The translations under genes and the position numbers were made by a program. The notes below the pieces were generated by a model. It ran no database searches, was not told the origin of the DNA, and saw nothing but the letters and a program-made list of their open reading frames with translations. From the NCBI GenBank assembly GCA_038087875.1, contig CM075997.1, positions 3,846,001-3,910,000 on the forward strand: 64,000 nucleotides of DNA. Reading direction: 5' to 3'. Numbering within the stretch: the stretch's first letter is position 1; the number at the start of each line of letters is the position of its first letter. Positions 62,266 to 64,000 of this stretch are shown piece by piece. Source of the DNA: Malacoraja senta. Its lineage: Eukaryota.

Positions 62266-62497
62266 ACCTTGATGCCTGGCCCCCAACCTCTGCTCCCGAC
62301 CTCAAACTCTGTCCTCCGGTGACCTCTGGCTCCCGACCTTGACCTCGACCACCACCTTGTTGAGCCTGGACCAGTCCCAGTGCCGCGACACACTACCGCC
62401 ACCGCACTCTGGCGCAGTGGATGAACGCTGCGTATCGCGGCCACGGGATGGGCCGAGACGCCACACAAATGCACGCCGTGTTGTTCCTGTTTTCCAG

Positions 62498-62578
62498 CCG
62501 GGCCGACTTCCAGCGCATCGGCGGGCTGGCGGTGAATCCTCTGGGAGAACGGATCATCAACGCCTTCTTTCCTGACGG
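62498..62578 (+). CDS. chp2: CHP2-like coding exon 3
   Basis: Acceptor ttcctgttttccag and donor GTGAGT. The 81 nt read [27 protein letters not shown], the CHP-family signature (CHP1 [27 protein letters not shown]). Confidence 0.95.
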
Positions 62579-62717
62579 GTGAGTTTCCCGACACTGGGAA
62601 TGGCGCCAAAACCCGGCCACTCTTGCGTTCGGACTCAGCGGGCTGTTTCGATGCATTCTATACTTAACCGGGGATTGTGCTTATATATATACGACAATAA
62701 TCCTACTGATCTGTATG

Positions 62718-63041
62718 GGGCGGCACTGTGGCACAGCGGTAGAGTTGCTGCCTTCAGCACTTACCGCGCCGGAGACCCGGGTTCGATCCCGACTCCGGGT
62801 GCTTGCTTGCCTGTACGGAGTTTGTACGTTCACCGCGTGACCTGCGTGGGTTTTCCCCAGGGACTTCAGTCTCCTCCCACACTCCAAATGATTGTGGGTT
62901 AATTGGCTTGCTATAAAGGTCAAAAACTGTCCCTAGTGTAGTAGGATAGTGTTAATGAGCAGGGATCGCGAGTCATGCCGACTCGGTGGGCCGAAGGGCC
63001 TGTTTCCGCGGTGTATCTCTAAAACAAAAAATAAAAATAAA
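62718..63041 (+). mobile_element. tRNA-derived V-SINE (HE1-like), full length, in CHP2 intron 3
   Basis: A-box TGGCACAGCGG and B-box GGTTCGATCCC, V-domain GGAGTTTGTACGTT...GCGTGGGTTTT and a CR1-like tail. TSD is ATCTGTATG. Confidence 0.88.
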
Positions 63042-63112
63042 ATCTGTATGCAGGAAAAATAATTCCACTGTACCTTGGTGATAACGAACCATTCCGCCGT
63101 TCTCTCCCCATC

Positions 63113-63931
63113 AGGTACAGCAGGCAGTGAAGAAAGCGAATGGCATGTTGGCCTTTATCACAAGAGGAGTCGAATATAGGAGCAAAGAGGTCCTCCTGCA
63201 GTTGTACAGAACCCTAGTGAGACCACACCTGGAGTATTGTGTGCAGTTTTGGTCCACTAATTTGAGGAAGGACATTCTTGCTATTGAGGGAGTGCAGCGT
63301 AAGTTTACAAGGTTAATTCCCAGGATGGCGGGACTGTCATATGCTGAGAGAATGGAGCAGCTGGGCTTGTACACTCTGGAGTTTAGAAGGATGAGAGGAT
63401 ATCTCATTGAAACATATAAGATTGTTGAGGGTTTGGACACACTAGAGGCAGGAAACATGTTCCCGATGTTGGGGGAGTCCAGAACCAGGGGCCACAGTTT
63501 AAGAATAAGGAGTAAGCCATTTAGAACGGAGACGAGGAAACACTTTTTCTCACAAAGAGTGGTGAGTCTGTGGAATTCTCTGCCTCAGAGGGCGGTGGAG
63601 GCAGGTTCTCTGGATGCTTTCAAGAGAGAGCTAGATCAGGCTCTTAAAAATAGCGGAGTCAGGGGATATGGGGAGAAGGCAGGAACGGGATACTGATTGG
63701 GGTTGATCAGCCATGATCACATTGAATGGCGGTGCTGGCTCGAAGGGCCAAATGGCCTATTCCTGCACCTATTGTCTATTGTCTATTGTGTTTAAGAAGG
63801 AACTGCAGATGCTGGAAAATCGAAGGTAGACAAAAATGCTGGAGAAACTCAGCGGGTGCAGCAGCATCTATGGAGCGAAGGAAATAGGCAACGATTCGGG
63901 CCGAAACCCTTCTTCAGTCTATTGTCTATTG
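63113..63931 (+). mobile_element. CR1 LINE 3' fragment (with a Penelope-derived piece in its tail) inserted in the CHP2 exon-4 polypyrimidine tract
   Basis: The 189-aa ORF2 C-terminus (63127-63696) is uninterrupted. CCATC is duplicated at 63108-63112 and 63932-63936. Confidence 0.92.
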
Positions 63932-63948
63932 CCATCCTTCCGTTGCAG

Positions 63949-64000
63949 CAGAGACACAGTGGATTTCCGCTCCTTTATCCGCATCCTGGCGTGCTTCCGA
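63949..64000 (+). CDS. chp2: CHP2-like coding exon 4 (partial, runs off the window)
   Basis: Acceptor ccttccgttgcag. In frame with exon 3 it reads (G)RDTVDFRSFIRILACFR, matching the CHP EF-hand 2 region (VxFxxFxRxLAHFR). Confidence 0.9.

Noticed and set aside
62253..62656. ORF-track calls overlapping CHP2 exon 3
   Set aside because: They are in the wrong frame or strand; the real coding segment is the spliced 81-nt exon.

Overview
Eukaryotic genomic DNA, almost certainly from a cartilaginous fish and probably a skate or ray. This is inferred from the HE1-type tRNA-derived V-SINEs, CR1/HER1-type LINEs and Penelope-derived repeats that dominate the window. Most of the 64 kb is a mosaic of nested transposable elements: CR1, L2, Rex1/Babar, Tx1/L1, Penelope pieces with minimal hammerhead ribozyme cores, a nearly intact Passport-like Tc1 transposon, hAT and PIF/Harbinger-type MITEs, and probable DIRS and Helitron termini. 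It also holds minisatellites, a 1057-bp tandem duplication and a 200-N assembly gap. The only host gene I can support is a calcineurin B homologous protein gene (CHP2-like) on the + strand, with coding exons 1-4 at 57429-57495, 58165-58237, 62498-62578 and 63949 to beyond the window end. The ORF track misses it because it is spliced. Three observations stand out. A CR1 insertion splits the exon-4 polypyrimidine tract and creates a competing acceptor that leads to a stop codon. An internally deleted Tx1-clade element sits in a (TC)n microsatellite. Palindromic hammerhead-bearing Penelope derivatives appear to move as units with target-site duplications (TSDs). I found no convincing wholly new biological system. 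Family assignments rest on motif recognition, not database searches.
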